Made by a program: the position numbers and the translations under genes. Of a DNA stretch of 64,000 nucleotides, positions 28,510 through 37,999 are shown piece by piece. Origin of the DNA: Alphaproteobacteria bacterium (GTDB lineage Bacteria > Pseudomonadota > Alphaproteobacteria > Rs-D84); NCBI GenBank assembly GCA_016927735.1, contig JAFGMC010000002.1, positions 4,290-68,289 on the forward strand, read 5' to 3'. The stretch's first letter is position 1, and each line of letters opens with the position of its first letter. The notes below the pieces were generated by a model. That model was not told the DNA's origin. It was given only the letters and a program-made list of their open reading frames with translations, and ran no database searches.

Positions 28510-30168
28510 ATGTTAACAAGCTTACACATTTCTAATATAGTTCTTATTGAAAAGCTGAATCTGGAATTTGGTCGCGGTCTGAATGTTTTGACTGGGGAAA
28601 CCGGTGCAGGTAAAAGTATTTTGCTGGACGCATTATCTTTGGCACTGGGGGCACGATCGGACATTGGATTAATACGTCATGGTTGTGAGAATGCACAGGT
28701 AGTTGCTGAATTTGATATTATTAATAATGATTTAAAATCAATACTTATTGAAAATGGAATTGAATTTGACGGGACATTGATACTGCGCAGAATGTTGTCA
28801 CAGGATGGAAAAAGTCGTGCCTGGGTAAATGATATTCCTGTTTCTATAAAAATATTAAACCAAATTGGTAACGCACTTGTTGAAATTCATGGACAGTTTG
28901 AAAACCATTCTTTATTAGATCAAACAACACACAGAAAAACATTGGATGAATTTGGTATTGGTAGTAATTCAAAATATACCGAAATTTTAAATAATGTAAA
29001 GGTTGCTTATACAGAATTGCATTCTGCAGAAAAGAAATTAAAAGAACTGGAAGCTTTGGTTGAAAAATCCGAAACAGAGCGCGAGTTTCTGGAACATAAT
29101 ATTGCAGAACTATCTGCACTGAACCCACAAATTGGCGAAGAAGAAGACTTGGCAAATCGTCGTGCAATTATGATGAATGCAGAAAAAAATGCTGGAATTC
29201 TGTCTGATGCGATTACTATTTTGAATTCAAAAGGAAAAAGTTTAGATTCTTTGGTTTTCGATATTGCGCATACTTTGGAAAGAATAAAAACAGATCCAAA
29301 TCCTTATCAAAAACAAATTGATAAACTTTATGAAATTGCAGATAATATTTCTGAAATATCAGATCAATTATTACCGCAAGACACCGATCAAGAGAGTATT
29401 GAAAATATAGAAGAACGCTTGTTCGCAATCCGCGCAGCTGTACGAAAGCATCGCGTTTCTGCCGATGATTTATCTGTTAAATTAATTCAAATGACTGAAC
29501 AGTTGAATCAAATTGATAACTCTGATATTGAATTAAAAAAACTGAAACAAGAAGTAAAAAATAAAAAATCCGAATTTATAGAGGTTTCTTCAAAACTAAC
29601 CATAGAAAGAATTTATGCCAGTGATAACCTGCGAAAACAAATTCTGCGTGAATTTCCTGATTTAAAATTGGGGCAGGCTGATTTTATGGTAGAACGTAAA
29701 GAAAATGCGCCCAACGCATCTGGCACGGATGAAATCGTATTTATGATTAAAACAAATCCAGGAAATCCTTTTGCACCATTACATAAAATCGCATCCGGGG
29801 GCGAGCTGGCCCGTTTAATGTTGGCACTGCGTGTTGTTTTACAGGACAAAACTCATCCACGTACCTTTATTTTTGATGAAGTTGATACTGGAATCAGCGG
29901 TGCGACCGCCAGCAGTGTCGGTGAGCGTCTAGCACGTTTAGCAGATGAGGGTCAAGCACTGGTTGTGACACATTCTGCCCAAGTTGCTGGCTTTGCTGAT
30001 AAACATTTTAAGATAGAAAAAATTATTGACAATAATTCAACTTTAACTGTTGTAACAGAGGTAATTGGCGATGCAAGAATTAATGAAATAGCACGTATTA
30101 TAAGTGGTTCAAAGATTACATCGGAATCAATTGCCTCTGCAAAAATATTGACAAAAGATTTATATTGA
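28510..30168 (+). CDS. recN: DNA repair protein RecN
   Basis: N-terminal Walker A (LNVLTGETGAGKSILLDAL), long coiled coil, C-terminal SGGELARLMLAL and FDEVDTGISG. Confidence 0.95.
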   Translation: MLTSLHISNIVLIEKLNLEFGRGLNVLTGETGAGKSILLDALSLALGARSDIGLIRHGCENAQVVAEFDIINNDLKSILIENGIEFDGTLILRRMLSQDGKSRAWVNDIPVSIKILNQIGNALVEIHGQFENHSLLDQTTHRKTLDEFGIGSNSKYTEILNNVKVAYTELHSAEKKLKELEALVEKSETEREFLEHNIAELSALNPQIGEEEDLANRRAIMMNAEKNAGILSDAITILNSKGKSLDSLVFDIAHTLERIKTDPNPYQKQIDKLYEIADNISEISDQLLPQDTDQESIENIEERLFAIRAAVRKHRVSADDLSVKLIQMTEQLNQIDNSDIELKKLKQEVKNKKSEFIEVSSKLTIERIYASDNLRKQILREFPDLKLGQADFMVERKENAPNASGTDEIVFMIKTNPGNPFAPLHKIASGGELARLMLALRVVLQDKTHPRTFIFDEVDTGISGATASSVGERLARLADEGQALVVTHSAQVAGFADKHFKIEKIIDNNSTLTVVTEVIGDARINEIARIISGSKITSESIASAKILTKDLY

Positions 30169-30192
30169 ATTTGTTTTTTGATATACTATAAT
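30165..30192 (+). promoter_or_regulatory. sigma70-type promoter for the amidoligase-GNAT pair
   Basis: TTGAAT (30165..30170, overlapping the recN stop), 16-nt spacer, TATAAT (30187..30192). The ATG is at 30215. Confidence 0.5.
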
Positions 30193-30214
30193 AATATAGA
30201 ACAAGGGAAAACAA

Positions 30215-30958
30215 ATGTCGTTTAATACTTTTTATATCAACAAATCCAAGAAAAAAGAATTGGGTGTTGAATTGGAACTTGAGGGATTTTCTAATAATTT
30301 CTCTGCAAAAAATGATTTACCAAAAAATATTCAGCAAAAATACATATTTGATCATATTAAAGATGAAAGTGTTGCTGATGATGGAACAGAAATAATATTT
30401 AATCATTTTCCTCTTAATAATTGGGTCCCCAGAGAAATTAAAAAAATCTATAAAATTGTATCATCATTTAAATTACATGCTGGTGAAACAGCCGGTATGC
30501 ACATCAGTTACTCTGGTCCAAATATACACGCTATTTATGATATACATAAACGTGAATGTGAACATATAGACAAAACCAGAGAAAATGGTTTTATTACAGA
30601 TTTATTTCAAACCATTGGGGCCAGAAAAGGTCATTTTAATGGGGTCTTTGTTTATGGTACGGATTATGATGTTTTTGAAGTTGCAAAAAAAGATGATGAA
30701 ATAATTGAAGTTCGTGCCTTTGAATCAACAATGAATCCAGATGTGTTTTATTTTAGACTGTGTATTACACAATACTTATTAAACTATATGGCAAAAAATT
30801 CTTATAATGATATTCCAAAAAGATTATTCCAGGATATGCCTAATCATATTAAAAACATATTTTGGTTTTTAACAATTACTGAAAATCCAAATAAATATGG
30901 TTTTAAAAGAGAATTTATTTATAATCAATTATTTAATAATAATTTAAAAACATATTAA
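30215..30958 (+). CDS. amidoligase-like protein (glutamine-synthetase-fold COOH-NH2 ligase family)
   Basis: Ordered motifs LGVELELEG, DESVADDGTEIIF, TAGMHISYSG and IIEVRAFESTMNPD resemble the Amidoligase_2 / GCS2-like core (E-x-E, D-x-S..G-x-E, G-h-H, E-h-R). Judged by eye only. Confidence 0.5.
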   Translation: MSFNTFYINKSKKKELGVELELEGFSNNFSAKNDLPKNIQQKYIFDHIKDESVADDGTEIIFNHFPLNNWVPREIKKIYKIVSSFKLHAGETAGMHISYSGPNIHAIYDIHKRECEHIDKTRENGFITDLFQTIGARKGHFNGVFVYGTDYDVFEVAKKDDEIIEVRAFESTMNPDVFYFRLCITQYLLNYMAKNSYNDIPKRLFQDMPNHIKNIFWFLTITENPNKYGFKREFIYNQLFNNNLKTY

Positions 30959-30967
30959 GGGAATAAA

Positions 30968-31315
30968 ATGCCAGAATTTATAAAAACTATTGAAGAAATT
31001 GATAAAGATTATTTTTATGTAAAAATTGATTTTGTTGATAATGAAATAGAATGTGCAACATTAATTGGTAAAATAGAAAATGATTCTGCAAAGATATGCA
31101 AATTAAAAACTGAGAAGAAATATCAATTTAAAGGTATTGGTAGAAAACTTGTTAAAGAATTTGAATTAATTGCAAAATCGAAATCATGTAAAAAAATAGA
31201 ATTGGTTTCATCAGATACAGAATCTGATAAATTTTGGAATAAAATGGATAGTTTTAGTCCTGAATCCAGTTCAATGTTTATAAAAAACCTTATTAATAGT
31301 GATTATCATAATTAA
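30968..31315 (+). CDS. small GNAT-family acetyltransferase-like protein
   Basis: 115 aa. Motif A QFKGIGRKLVKEFE and C-terminal FWNKM resemble GNAT. 9 nt downstream of the amidoligase-like gene. Confidence 0.45.
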   Translation: MPEFIKTIEEIDKDYFYVKIDFVDNEIECATLIGKIENDSAKICKLKTEKKYQFKGIGRKLVKEFELIAKSKSCKKIELVSSDTESDKFWNKMDSFSPESSSMFIKNLINSDYHN

Positions 31316-32547
31316 ATCTTGATAAGACCATCTGCAAACTCAATCGAAGCAGGTGTTTTAAAGTTTTTAACACTGGAAATAATTTCATCATCTGTGCGTA
31401 CAATTGCATAGCCACGCATCAAAACATTTTTATACGACAACGAATTCAGCATCTGATCAAGATGCGATACAGCCTGGTTTAATGAAGAAAGCCTGTTCTG
31501 TAAATTTTTTGGAAATCCGCCCAGCAATTCTATTTGCTGTCTGGTTGTTGCAATCTTCCCATTTATAATTATTGCAAAAGTTCGCGATAAATCATCCAAT
31601 CTTTGTGTATGTTCCATTATCAATTGTTTCGGATTTTTTATATTTATACCCGCAACTTTTTGTTTTGCATTTACTAATTTATTTGCAAAATTTCCAGATA
31701 ATCTGTGTGATAAATTATCAATTTCTTGAATCAGTAACAGTTTTGTTGGTACGACTATTTCCGCTGCCATTGTCGGTGTTGCGGCGCGCACATCCGCTGC
31801 AAAATCAATCAGCATCCAATCTGGTTCATGACCAACACCGGATACCAGTGGAATTTTACTAGCTGCTGCAGCACGAACAACAATTTCTTCGGAAAATGGT
31901 AATAAATCTTCCAGTGATCCGCCACCACGCGCAACAATAATCACATCAACATTCTGCATACGATTAAAGTATTCAATACCGGCAGCAACTTCTGCAGCGG
32001 CAGTTGTCCCTTGCACAGTTGCTGGGTATAATATCACATGTACTGGAAAACGCTCGCGCAGTCTATTTTGAATATCCTGGAACGCCGCACCCGTTGGACT
32101 GGTGACAATTCCAATTGTCTGTGGAAAACGTGGCAGTACTTTTTTTCGCGCGTCGTCAAATAAACCCTCTGCTGTGAATTTCTTTTTACGTTCTTCCAAC
32201 ATTTTAAGAATTGCACCAACCCCAGCCATTTCAATTTCATTTGCAATAAGTTGATAATTACTGCGGGCAGGATAGGTGGTAAGTTTTCCAGTTATAATTA
32301 CTTCTGATCCTTCTTCCAGATTAAAAGATACAGGTGTGCCACGCCAAACAATTACAGAAATAGATGATGATGAATCCTTTATCGTCATATAAATATGTCC
32401 AGACGATGCCTTTGTAATCTGGGATAATTCACCACGAATTTTTATAGACGGAAAAGCTGTTTCAACAACGCCCTTTAACAGGGCAGAAGCGTCACTGACG
32501 CTGAAAATCATATCTGGTTTAACAAAAGGTTCTGGTTTTTGTAACAT
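31312..32547 (-). CDS. xseA: exodeoxyribonuclease VII large subunit
   Basis: N-terminal OB fold (VSDASALLKGVVETAFPSIKIRGELSQ...SGHIYMTIKD) and catalytic core (IGIVTSPTGAAFQDI, ARGGGSLEDL). Confidence 0.93.
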   Translation of the reverse strand: MLQKPEPFVKPDMIFSVSDASALLKGVVETAFPSIKIRGELSQITKASSGHIYMTIKDSSSSISVIVWRGTPVSFNLEEGSEVIITGKLTTYPARSNYQLIANEIEMAGVGAILKMLEERKKKFTAEGLFDDARKKVLPRFPQTIGIVTSPTGAAFQDIQNRLRERFPVHVILYPATVQGTTAAAEVAAGIEYFNRMQNVDVIIVARGGGSLEDLLPFSEEIVVRAAAASKIPLVSGVGHEPDWMLIDFAADVRAATPTMAAEIVVPTKLLLIQEIDNLSHRLSGNFANKLVNAKQKVAGINIKNPKQLIMEHTQRLDDLSRTFAIIINGKIATTRQQIELLGGFPKNLQNRLSSLNQAVSHLDQMLNSLSYKNVLMRGYAIVRTDDEIISSVKNFKTPASIEFADGLIKI

Positions 32548-32987
32548 TATTCAAGTCCCGAATATTTTGCAAGAAACATGGATTGTTTTTGAATTTCATT
32601 TGTAAATAATTTTGATTTACCAATACGTGTTTCAATTTTCCCTTTGGAATAGTCATACCTTGACCATTGGTCATAAGTTATATCAAATATTTTACCAGAA
32701 GATTTATGAACAAGCCACCAATGCAATGGTCCAGACATCAAAGTCCAAACTTCTTCTCCACCAGTATTTTTCATAATATAATAACTGGCGCTTAAACAAA
32801 AACCGTTACCAAAATTTTTTATTTCATCACCAAACATAATAATATTTAATTTATCATCAGATATGGCATTTCTTAATTTTTCAACCATATATGGTAATGA
32901 TAATTTTCCCATAAAAACTTTATAATCACCTGATAATTTCACAAGTTTTTGTGTTCCAATATTAAATTCATCTTTTGTTTGTCTCAT
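32547..32987 (-). CDS. Cys-His-Asp small protein, paralog C (transglutaminase-core-like)
   Basis: 146 aa. GFCLSASYY, 25 aa, HWWLV, 13 aa, DITYDQ. The stop overlaps the xseA start by 1 nt. Homologous to the two upstream ORFs. Confidence 0.6.
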   Translation of the reverse strand: MRQTKDEFNIGTQKLVKLSGDYKVFMGKLSLPYMVEKLRNAISDDKLNIIMFGDEIKNFGNGFCLSASYYIMKNTGGEEVWTLMSGPLHWWLVHKSSGKIFDITYDQWSRYDYSKGKIETRIGKSKLFTNEIQKQSMFLAKYSGLE

Positions 32988-33047
32988 AAAATGATTCTAT
33001 CAAAATAGAATAAAGAATTCAAATTTATAATATAAAGCATATTTTTA

Positions 33048-33560
33048 CTATTTATGATTCAGGTTTATTCCTATAAATTCGGCGAATTTATATGCACGTT
33101 GGAATTTAAAATTTGAATCCGCATATTTACCGAGCTCGTAAGGGATTTCAAAATATTGACCATATTCATTCATAGACTGGTCAAATGTAAAATCTAGTTT
33201 AGAAAAATCATATACATTTTCTACCCATACATGATCCTTTAATCCACCCATTTCATTATTTGATATCTGTTTCAATCGCCATATTTCTGAACCATCTGGT
33301 GCACGAAATAAATGATTCCAAATATAACTGGAAATACCGCAAAAACCTGCAGAAAATCTGCAATTTTTAAAACGTTCTTCTTCGTATTTATGTAGTAAAA
33401 GTTGCTCGCGAATTTTTTTATCTTTAAAACCTTCACGAATTAAATAAACTATTTGTTCCATATCATAACACGCAGAAAAACCATCCGGCATTTTCATATT
33501 TCTTACTTTATCAACCAACTTTTCAGTTGCAGCATCATATAATTTTAATTTATTTAACAT
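33048..33560 (-). CDS. Cys-His-Asp small protein, paralog B (divergent)
   Basis: 170 aa. Shares KLYDAATEKLV, GFCGISSYIW, HVWV and DFTFDQ with the neighbours. Confidence 0.6.
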   Translation of the reverse strand: MLNKLKLYDAATEKLVDKVRNMKMPDGFSACYDMEQIVYLIREGFKDKKIREQLLLHKYEEERFKNCRFSAGFCGISSYIWNHLFRAPDGSEIWRLKQISNNEMGGLKDHVWVENVYDFSKLDFTFDQSMNEYGQYFEIPYELGKYADSNFKFQRAYKFAEFIGINLNHK

Positions 33561-33619
33561 GTTTTGATTTTATCAGAAAAAATATAAACTTCAAATTTAT
33601 AAATTATTATTATTAATCC

Positions 33620-34075
33620 CTATAAATCTGCACATTTTCCAAGAATAAAAGCCTGTTCTTGGATATATTTTGCAAATTTTTTGTCTTCTCCAATACTTTG
33701 CTCCGGAACACCATATTTATAATCAAAATCATATGGGAACTGACAATATGTTATATCAAATGGTTTATTTGTTATCTTGTCTACTAACCACCAATGATCA
33801 GGATCTCTCATAATTTTCCAATTTGAACCACGACCAGTGTTTTCATATAAATAATAACTACTGACCATACAAAAACCTTCTGAAAAAGAATCATTTTCAC
33901 CAACAATATATGCGCCAAAAATTTTAATATGAGTTTGTTCTTTTTTAAAAGATTCTCTTAATGAATAAACAATATCTGGAAATGAATATTTGCCAAATTT
34001 AGAAAACTTGTAGTTTTCAGCTTGTTTTACAAGTTTCTGTGTTGCTGCATCATATAATTTTAATCTGTTTGACAT
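33620..34075 (-). CDS. Cys-His-Asp small protein, paralog A
   Basis: 151 aa. KLYDAATQKLV, GFCMVSSYY, HWWLV, DITYCQ. Confidence 0.6.
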   Translation of the reverse strand: MSNRLKLYDAATQKLVKQAENYKFSKFGKYSFPDIVYSLRESFKKEQTHIKIFGAYIVGENDSFSEGFCMVSSYYLYENTGRGSNWKIMRDPDHWWLVDKITNKPFDITYCQFPYDFDYKYGVPEQSIGEDKKFAKYIQEQAFILGKCADL

Positions 34076-34112
34076 CTTCTAATTCTAACATAAAAAAGTT
34101 TAAAAACCAAAT

Positions 34113-35153
34113 TTATAACTCTGTCAGTGGCCAACGGGGACGAGGAGCAATCGGTTCTTTGACTACTTTGCCAACTAGATAGTTTTCAATTCCAGCCCAG
34201 GCAATCATTGCGCCATTATCTGTACATAAATTAAGTGGTGGGGCAGCAAACTGCATTTTACGTTCAATTGCCATTTTTTCCATAACAGCGCGTATTTCCG
34301 TATTTTTTGCAACACCACCTGCAACAACTAATGTTTTTGGTGCCGCATCTTTGACCCTGTCGTCATCCAGGGCATTGTTTAGTCGATTAATGATACAATC
34401 TACCACTGATGCCTGAAAAGACGCGCAAAAGTTATTTATAAAGCATTCATCATTATGCAGTGTCGGATATTTTGCCAACATTGTTCTGGCTGATGTTTTG
34501 ATACCTGAAAAAGAGAAATCACATCCAGGCTTATCACAAAGTGGACGTGGAAACTTAAAAGCCTTTGGGTTACCAGATTGTGCGCGTTTATCAATTATTG
34601 GACCACCGGGATATCCCAGACCCAACATTTTTGATACTTTATCAAAAGCCTCACCCGCACTGTCATCCAATGTTTGACCGATTAATTCATATTTACCGAC
34701 ACCATTTGCCAATAAAATCATTGTATGTCCGCCACTGGCCAGTATTAATAAATAAGGAAAAGGTACATCATTTGTTAAACGTGGGACCAATGCATGCCCT
34801 TCCAAATGATTCACAGCAACCAACGGTTTGTCTGTTGATTGTGCAATACCAGTCGCCGCCATCCAACCAACCAAAACACCACCAATTAAGCCCGGACCAG
34901 CAGTTGCCGCAATTACATCAATATCTTCGATTGTTTTTCCAGCATCGATAAGTGTTTTATTTATAACCTCATCAATTGCCAATATATGCGCACGTGCTGC
35001 CAATTCTGGTACAACACCACCATATTTTTGATGCTCTGGGATTTGTGAATAAATTATATGAGACAGTATATTTCTGTCAGAATCAACGACTGCTGCTGCT
35101 GTCTCGTCACAACTGGATTCAATACCCAGACAAAGAATTTTTTTATCAATCAT
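34113..35153 (-). CDS. tsaD: tRNA N6-adenosine threonylcarbamoyltransferase
   Basis: ILCLGIESSCDETAAAVV, HLEGH and GGVAKN patterns of Kae1/TsaD. Confidence 0.95.
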   Translation of the reverse strand: MIDKKILCLGIESSCDETAAAVVDSDRNILSHIIYSQIPEHQKYGGVVPELAARAHILAIDEVINKTLIDAGKTIEDIDVIAATAGPGLIGGVLVGWMAATGIAQSTDKPLVAVNHLEGHALVPRLTNDVPFPYLLILASGGHTMILLANGVGKYELIGQTLDDSAGEAFDKVSKMLGLGYPGGPIIDKRAQSGNPKAFKFPRPLCDKPGCDFSFSGIKTSARTMLAKYPTLHNDECFINNFCASFQASVVDCIINRLNNALDDDRVKDAAPKTLVVAGGVAKNTEIRAVMEKMAIERKMQFAAPPLNLCTDNGAMIAWAGIENYLVGKVVKEPIAPRPRWPLTEL

Positions 35154-35863
35154 TTTATTTTATACAGGGCAATACCCAGGTTTGTTTTACTCTTTTTACG
35201 CGCATTTACATAATCGAAAAAGTTTATATCAACAACTTTTCCACCATCCAAAGACGCGTGACGCAATATACCATTTGTTAACAAAAATCCCATATGAGAA
35301 ACCGCCAAATCAGTACCCAGTTTATCATGTATTTTTGGATTATCCATTACAAACAATACCAGCAAGGTTTTATCTGTTTTTATTTTATTTAAATCGGAAT
35401 AGGGTATATATTCAATCTGCGAGCTTACTTCTGGAAAGTCCGTATCAATATTGTGAACTTTTTTAAACCATTCTTTTTTATTTATTGTAAAATTGCGTAT
35501 TTTTGTTTTACCGAATAATTTATTTACATTTTCAATAATTTCGGAATTATTTTTCACCCAATCGTATTCAATAAAATGATTGCGATTCAGAAAATCTATT
35601 TTACTATCTTTGTATCTGATTTTATTTAATTTCGCCAGATTGCCATCTGCCAATACAGTTTCAACAAAAGTCACACAATCAAATGCATCATATCTTATTA
35701 AAGGGTCATTGTCCGGGGCGTTCTCTTCGCCCAGCGGATCAGATATATATTTAACATCCAAGTATTCACAACCAATATTATCACATCTATGCAAAAATGT
35801 GCATGATGACAAAACAAATGTTAATAAAAATATAAGATTTTTTTTATTTTTCATAACCTGCAT
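35150..35863 (-). CDS. DUF1460-family lipoprotein (N-acetylmuramoyl-L-alanine amidase-like)
   Basis: Lipobox LTFVLSSC. The patterns FDCVTFVETVLA and HMGFLL...LRHAS recall DUF1460. Confidence 0.55.
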   Translation of the reverse strand: MQVMKNKKNLIFLLTFVLSSCTFLHRCDNIGCEYLDVKYISDPLGEENAPDNDPLIRYDAFDCVTFVETVLADGNLAKLNKIRYKDSKIDFLNRNHFIEYDWVKNNSEIIENVNKLFGKTKIRNFTINKKEWFKKVHNIDTDFPEVSSQIEYIPYSDLNKIKTDKTLLVLFVMDNPKIHDKLGTDLAVSHMGFLLTNGILRHASLDGGKVVDINFFDYVNARKKSKTNLGIALYKIK

Positions 35864-35900
35864 CTTATTTGCTGTCTAAGAAATCCGCAGGGGAATATAA

Positions 35901-36221
35901 TTAGATATTATCTTTTAATTGTATACCCATAAAACACAATGATGTTGCATCACGAACAGACATGTCTGCAGAATTCGGCAATGTAGATACCTTATCCAAA
36001 CATTGAACCATCAGGTCTGTATTTTCATCGTTTCCTGTTAAAATTTTAACAGCTGCAGCGCGACGTTCAAGAGACGCCGTTGCCCAATGTCGCATATTAT
36101 CATTTTCAAGATCGCTTGATTTTTGATAAAAGAAAAAACCAACAGCGACTAAAATTAAAGCAGAAATTCCAATAAATAATTTTAAATGTTTTTTAAAAGC
36201 TTCCATACTATCCTCACTCAC
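35901..36221 (-). CDS. small single-TM protein, unknown function
   Basis: 106 aa with one TM (LFIGISALILVAVGFFFY). Overlaps the upstream gene end by 8 nt. Confidence 0.5.
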   Translation of the reverse strand: MSEDSMEAFKKHLKLFIGISALILVAVGFFFYQKSSDLENDNMRHWATASLERRAAAVKILTGNDENTDLMVQCLDKVSTLPNSADMSVRDATSLCFMGIQLKDNI

Positions 36222-36591
36222 ATTTTACCAACCACAAATCATAATCTGCATTTTGTAATGGATTATCACCTGGTTCATTACGACTCATCCAATTACTGAA
36301 AATTCTACCTTCGGATTTTTTTAATATTTCGATGAACATAAAAAAGTCTTCTGGTTGAAAAGGATCCGTCTGTTTACAAGTACGAACTGTTAACGTTAAC
36401 TTTTCGAAATTTGTTTGTTTTCTAACAGGGATTGTAATTGTCTGAGATTTTCCAGCTGCTTTATTCATAATTCTTACAACAGCAGTTTTCTTTTCAATAT
36501 AAGCATTTGCATCAGATAAAGATGCAAATAAAAAGGGCACAGTCAATAAAAACAACAATTTTGTGATTTTCATTTTCTGTACCCTTAACAT
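36214..36591 (-). CDS. DUF2155-domain periplasmic protein
   Basis: Signal peptide. The pattern LTLTVRTCKQTDPFQPEDFFMFIEI...FSNWM...PLQNADYDLWLVKC is typical of alphaproteobacterial DUF2155. Confidence 0.7.
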   Translation of the reverse strand: MLRVQKMKITKLLFLLTVPFLFASLSDANAYIEKKTAVVRIMNKAAGKSQTITIPVRKQTNFEKLTLTVRTCKQTDPFQPEDFFMFIEILKKSEGRIFSNWMSRNEPGDNPLQNADYDLWLVKCE

Positions 36592-36594
36592 TTT

Positions 36595-36987
36595 TTATTC
36601 CTTATCCGCTTTTCTTTCTAAAGAAGCAGCAGCCAAGTCTTCAACGATACGTGCCTTTTTACCAGACAAATTACGCAAGAAGAATAATTTAGAACGACGT
36701 ACTTTACCAATACGTGTTTTTTCAATTTTTTCGATTGATGGGCTGTACAATGGGAATTTACGTTCTACACCAACACCATAAGATTCACGGCGTACAGTAA
36801 ACGATGAATTTACACCACCACCATCACGAGCAATTACAACACCTTCAAAAATCTGGATACGATATTTTTCGCCATCTTTGATTTTTACGTGTATTTTCAA
36901 AGTATCACCTGATTTGAAATTTGGAATTTTCTTATCAGCAGACAACTTTGCAACTTCTGCTTGCTCTATTTTTTTAATGATATTCAT
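36595..36987 (-). CDS. rplS: 50S ribosomal protein L19
   Basis: Start trimmed to ATG 36987 ([12 protein letters not shown]...), forming an ATGA overlap with the trmD stop. L19 core [28 protein letters not shown]. Confidence 0.93.
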   Translation of the reverse strand: MNIIKKIEQAEVAKLSADKKIPNFKSGDTLKIHVKIKDGEKYRIQIFEGVVIARDGGGVNSSFTVRRESYGVGVERKFPLYSPSIEKIEKTRIGKVRRSKLFFLRNLSGKKARIVEDLAAASLERKADKE

Positions 36988-37670
36988 TTTTGACTTTCCT
37001 TTATTAAATCTGGTCGACGTTCTTTTGTTATATCGACCGACTGTTGTTCCCGCCATCTTTCTATATTGCCGTGATGACCGGACAGCAGGACTTCTGGGAC
37101 ATTACGTCCACGCCATACTGACGGGCGGGTGTATAACGGCCACTCTAACCCCCCGATTTCAAAACTTTCATTTGCAATGGTGTCTTCACCACCGTGGACA
37201 ACATTATCCATCAGACGAACGGTACTGTCAATAAAAACCTGCGCTGCAATTTCACCACCAGACATTATGTAATCGCCAATAGATATTTCCATTATATCAT
37301 ATTCTTCGATAACACGTTCATCAATTCCTTCGTAACGACCACAAATCAACGTCAGGTCTTTTTCACCACCATTTACGAATTCACGTACCATTTTTTGATT
37401 TAACAACTTACCACGCGGGGAAAAATATATAATCCTTCCGCGATTTTTCACAGAGTCCAGCGCCGCACCCAAAACCTCAGGCAACATAACCATACCAGCA
37501 CCGCCACCAAATTGTGTATCATCAACACTGCCGTAATTACCAATCGCAAAATCACGAATATTTATTGCATTATAAGACCATATTTTATTTTCCAATGCGC
37601 GACCAACAACCCCACCCGACAGGGTTCCTGGAAACATTTCTGGAAAAATAGTCAGTATATTAAAATTCAT
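36984..37670 (-). CDS. trmD: tRNA (guanine37-N1)-methyltransferase
   Basis: [15 protein letters not shown]..., [21 protein letters not shown]. Confidence 0.95.
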   Translation of the reverse strand: MNFNILTIFPEMFPGTLSGGVVGRALENKIWSYNAINIRDFAIGNYGSVDDTQFGGGAGMVMLPEVLGAALDSVKNRGRIIYFSPRGKLLNQKMVREFVNGGEKDLTLICGRYEGIDERVIEEYDIMEISIGDYIMSGGEIAAQVFIDSTVRLMDNVVHGGEDTIANESFEIGGLEWPLYTRPSVWRGRNVPEVLLSGHHGNIERWREQQSVDITKERRPDLIKESQK

Positions 37671-37957
37671 CTTTGTTTATTACTTTCCAGTATATCCTGT
37701 GAACAAGCATAAAAGAATTGCCCATAACATTTGCATTTGTTTTTCAGAAAAGAATTTCTTGTACAGAAATCAACACCATAATCCTTACAAACTTGACTGC
37801 AGATTACCAAATGATTTCCCCTGACAAGTGTTTCTTTATCGCTTATTATTTGCGATTCTAATAATTTGAATTCATCGCCTTCATCTGTACAAATTTCACT
37901 GATAAAACAGCCAAAATTTGATGACATCCGAGAATTTATAGATAAGATTTTTGCCAT
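37667..37957 (-). CDS. Cys-rich 96-aa protein inserted between rimM and trmD, unknown function
   Basis: RBS AAAGGATGG. The stop overlaps the trmD start by 4 nt. 8 Cys and no recognisable family. Confidence 0.5.
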   Translation of the reverse strand: MAKILSINSRMSSNFGCFISEICTDEGDEFKLLESQIISDKETLVRGNHLVICSQVCKDYGVDFCTRNSFLKNKCKCYGQFFYACSQDILESNKQR

Positions 37958-37999
37958 GTTACCATCCTTTTTGTTGGATTTTTAACATACATTCTCTCA

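Noticed and set aside
36988-37056. N-terminal extension of the L19 ORF ([23 protein letters not shown])
   Set aside because: It lies inside trmD. The canonical L19 N-terminus begins at ATG 36987, which forms an ATGA overlap with the trmD stop.
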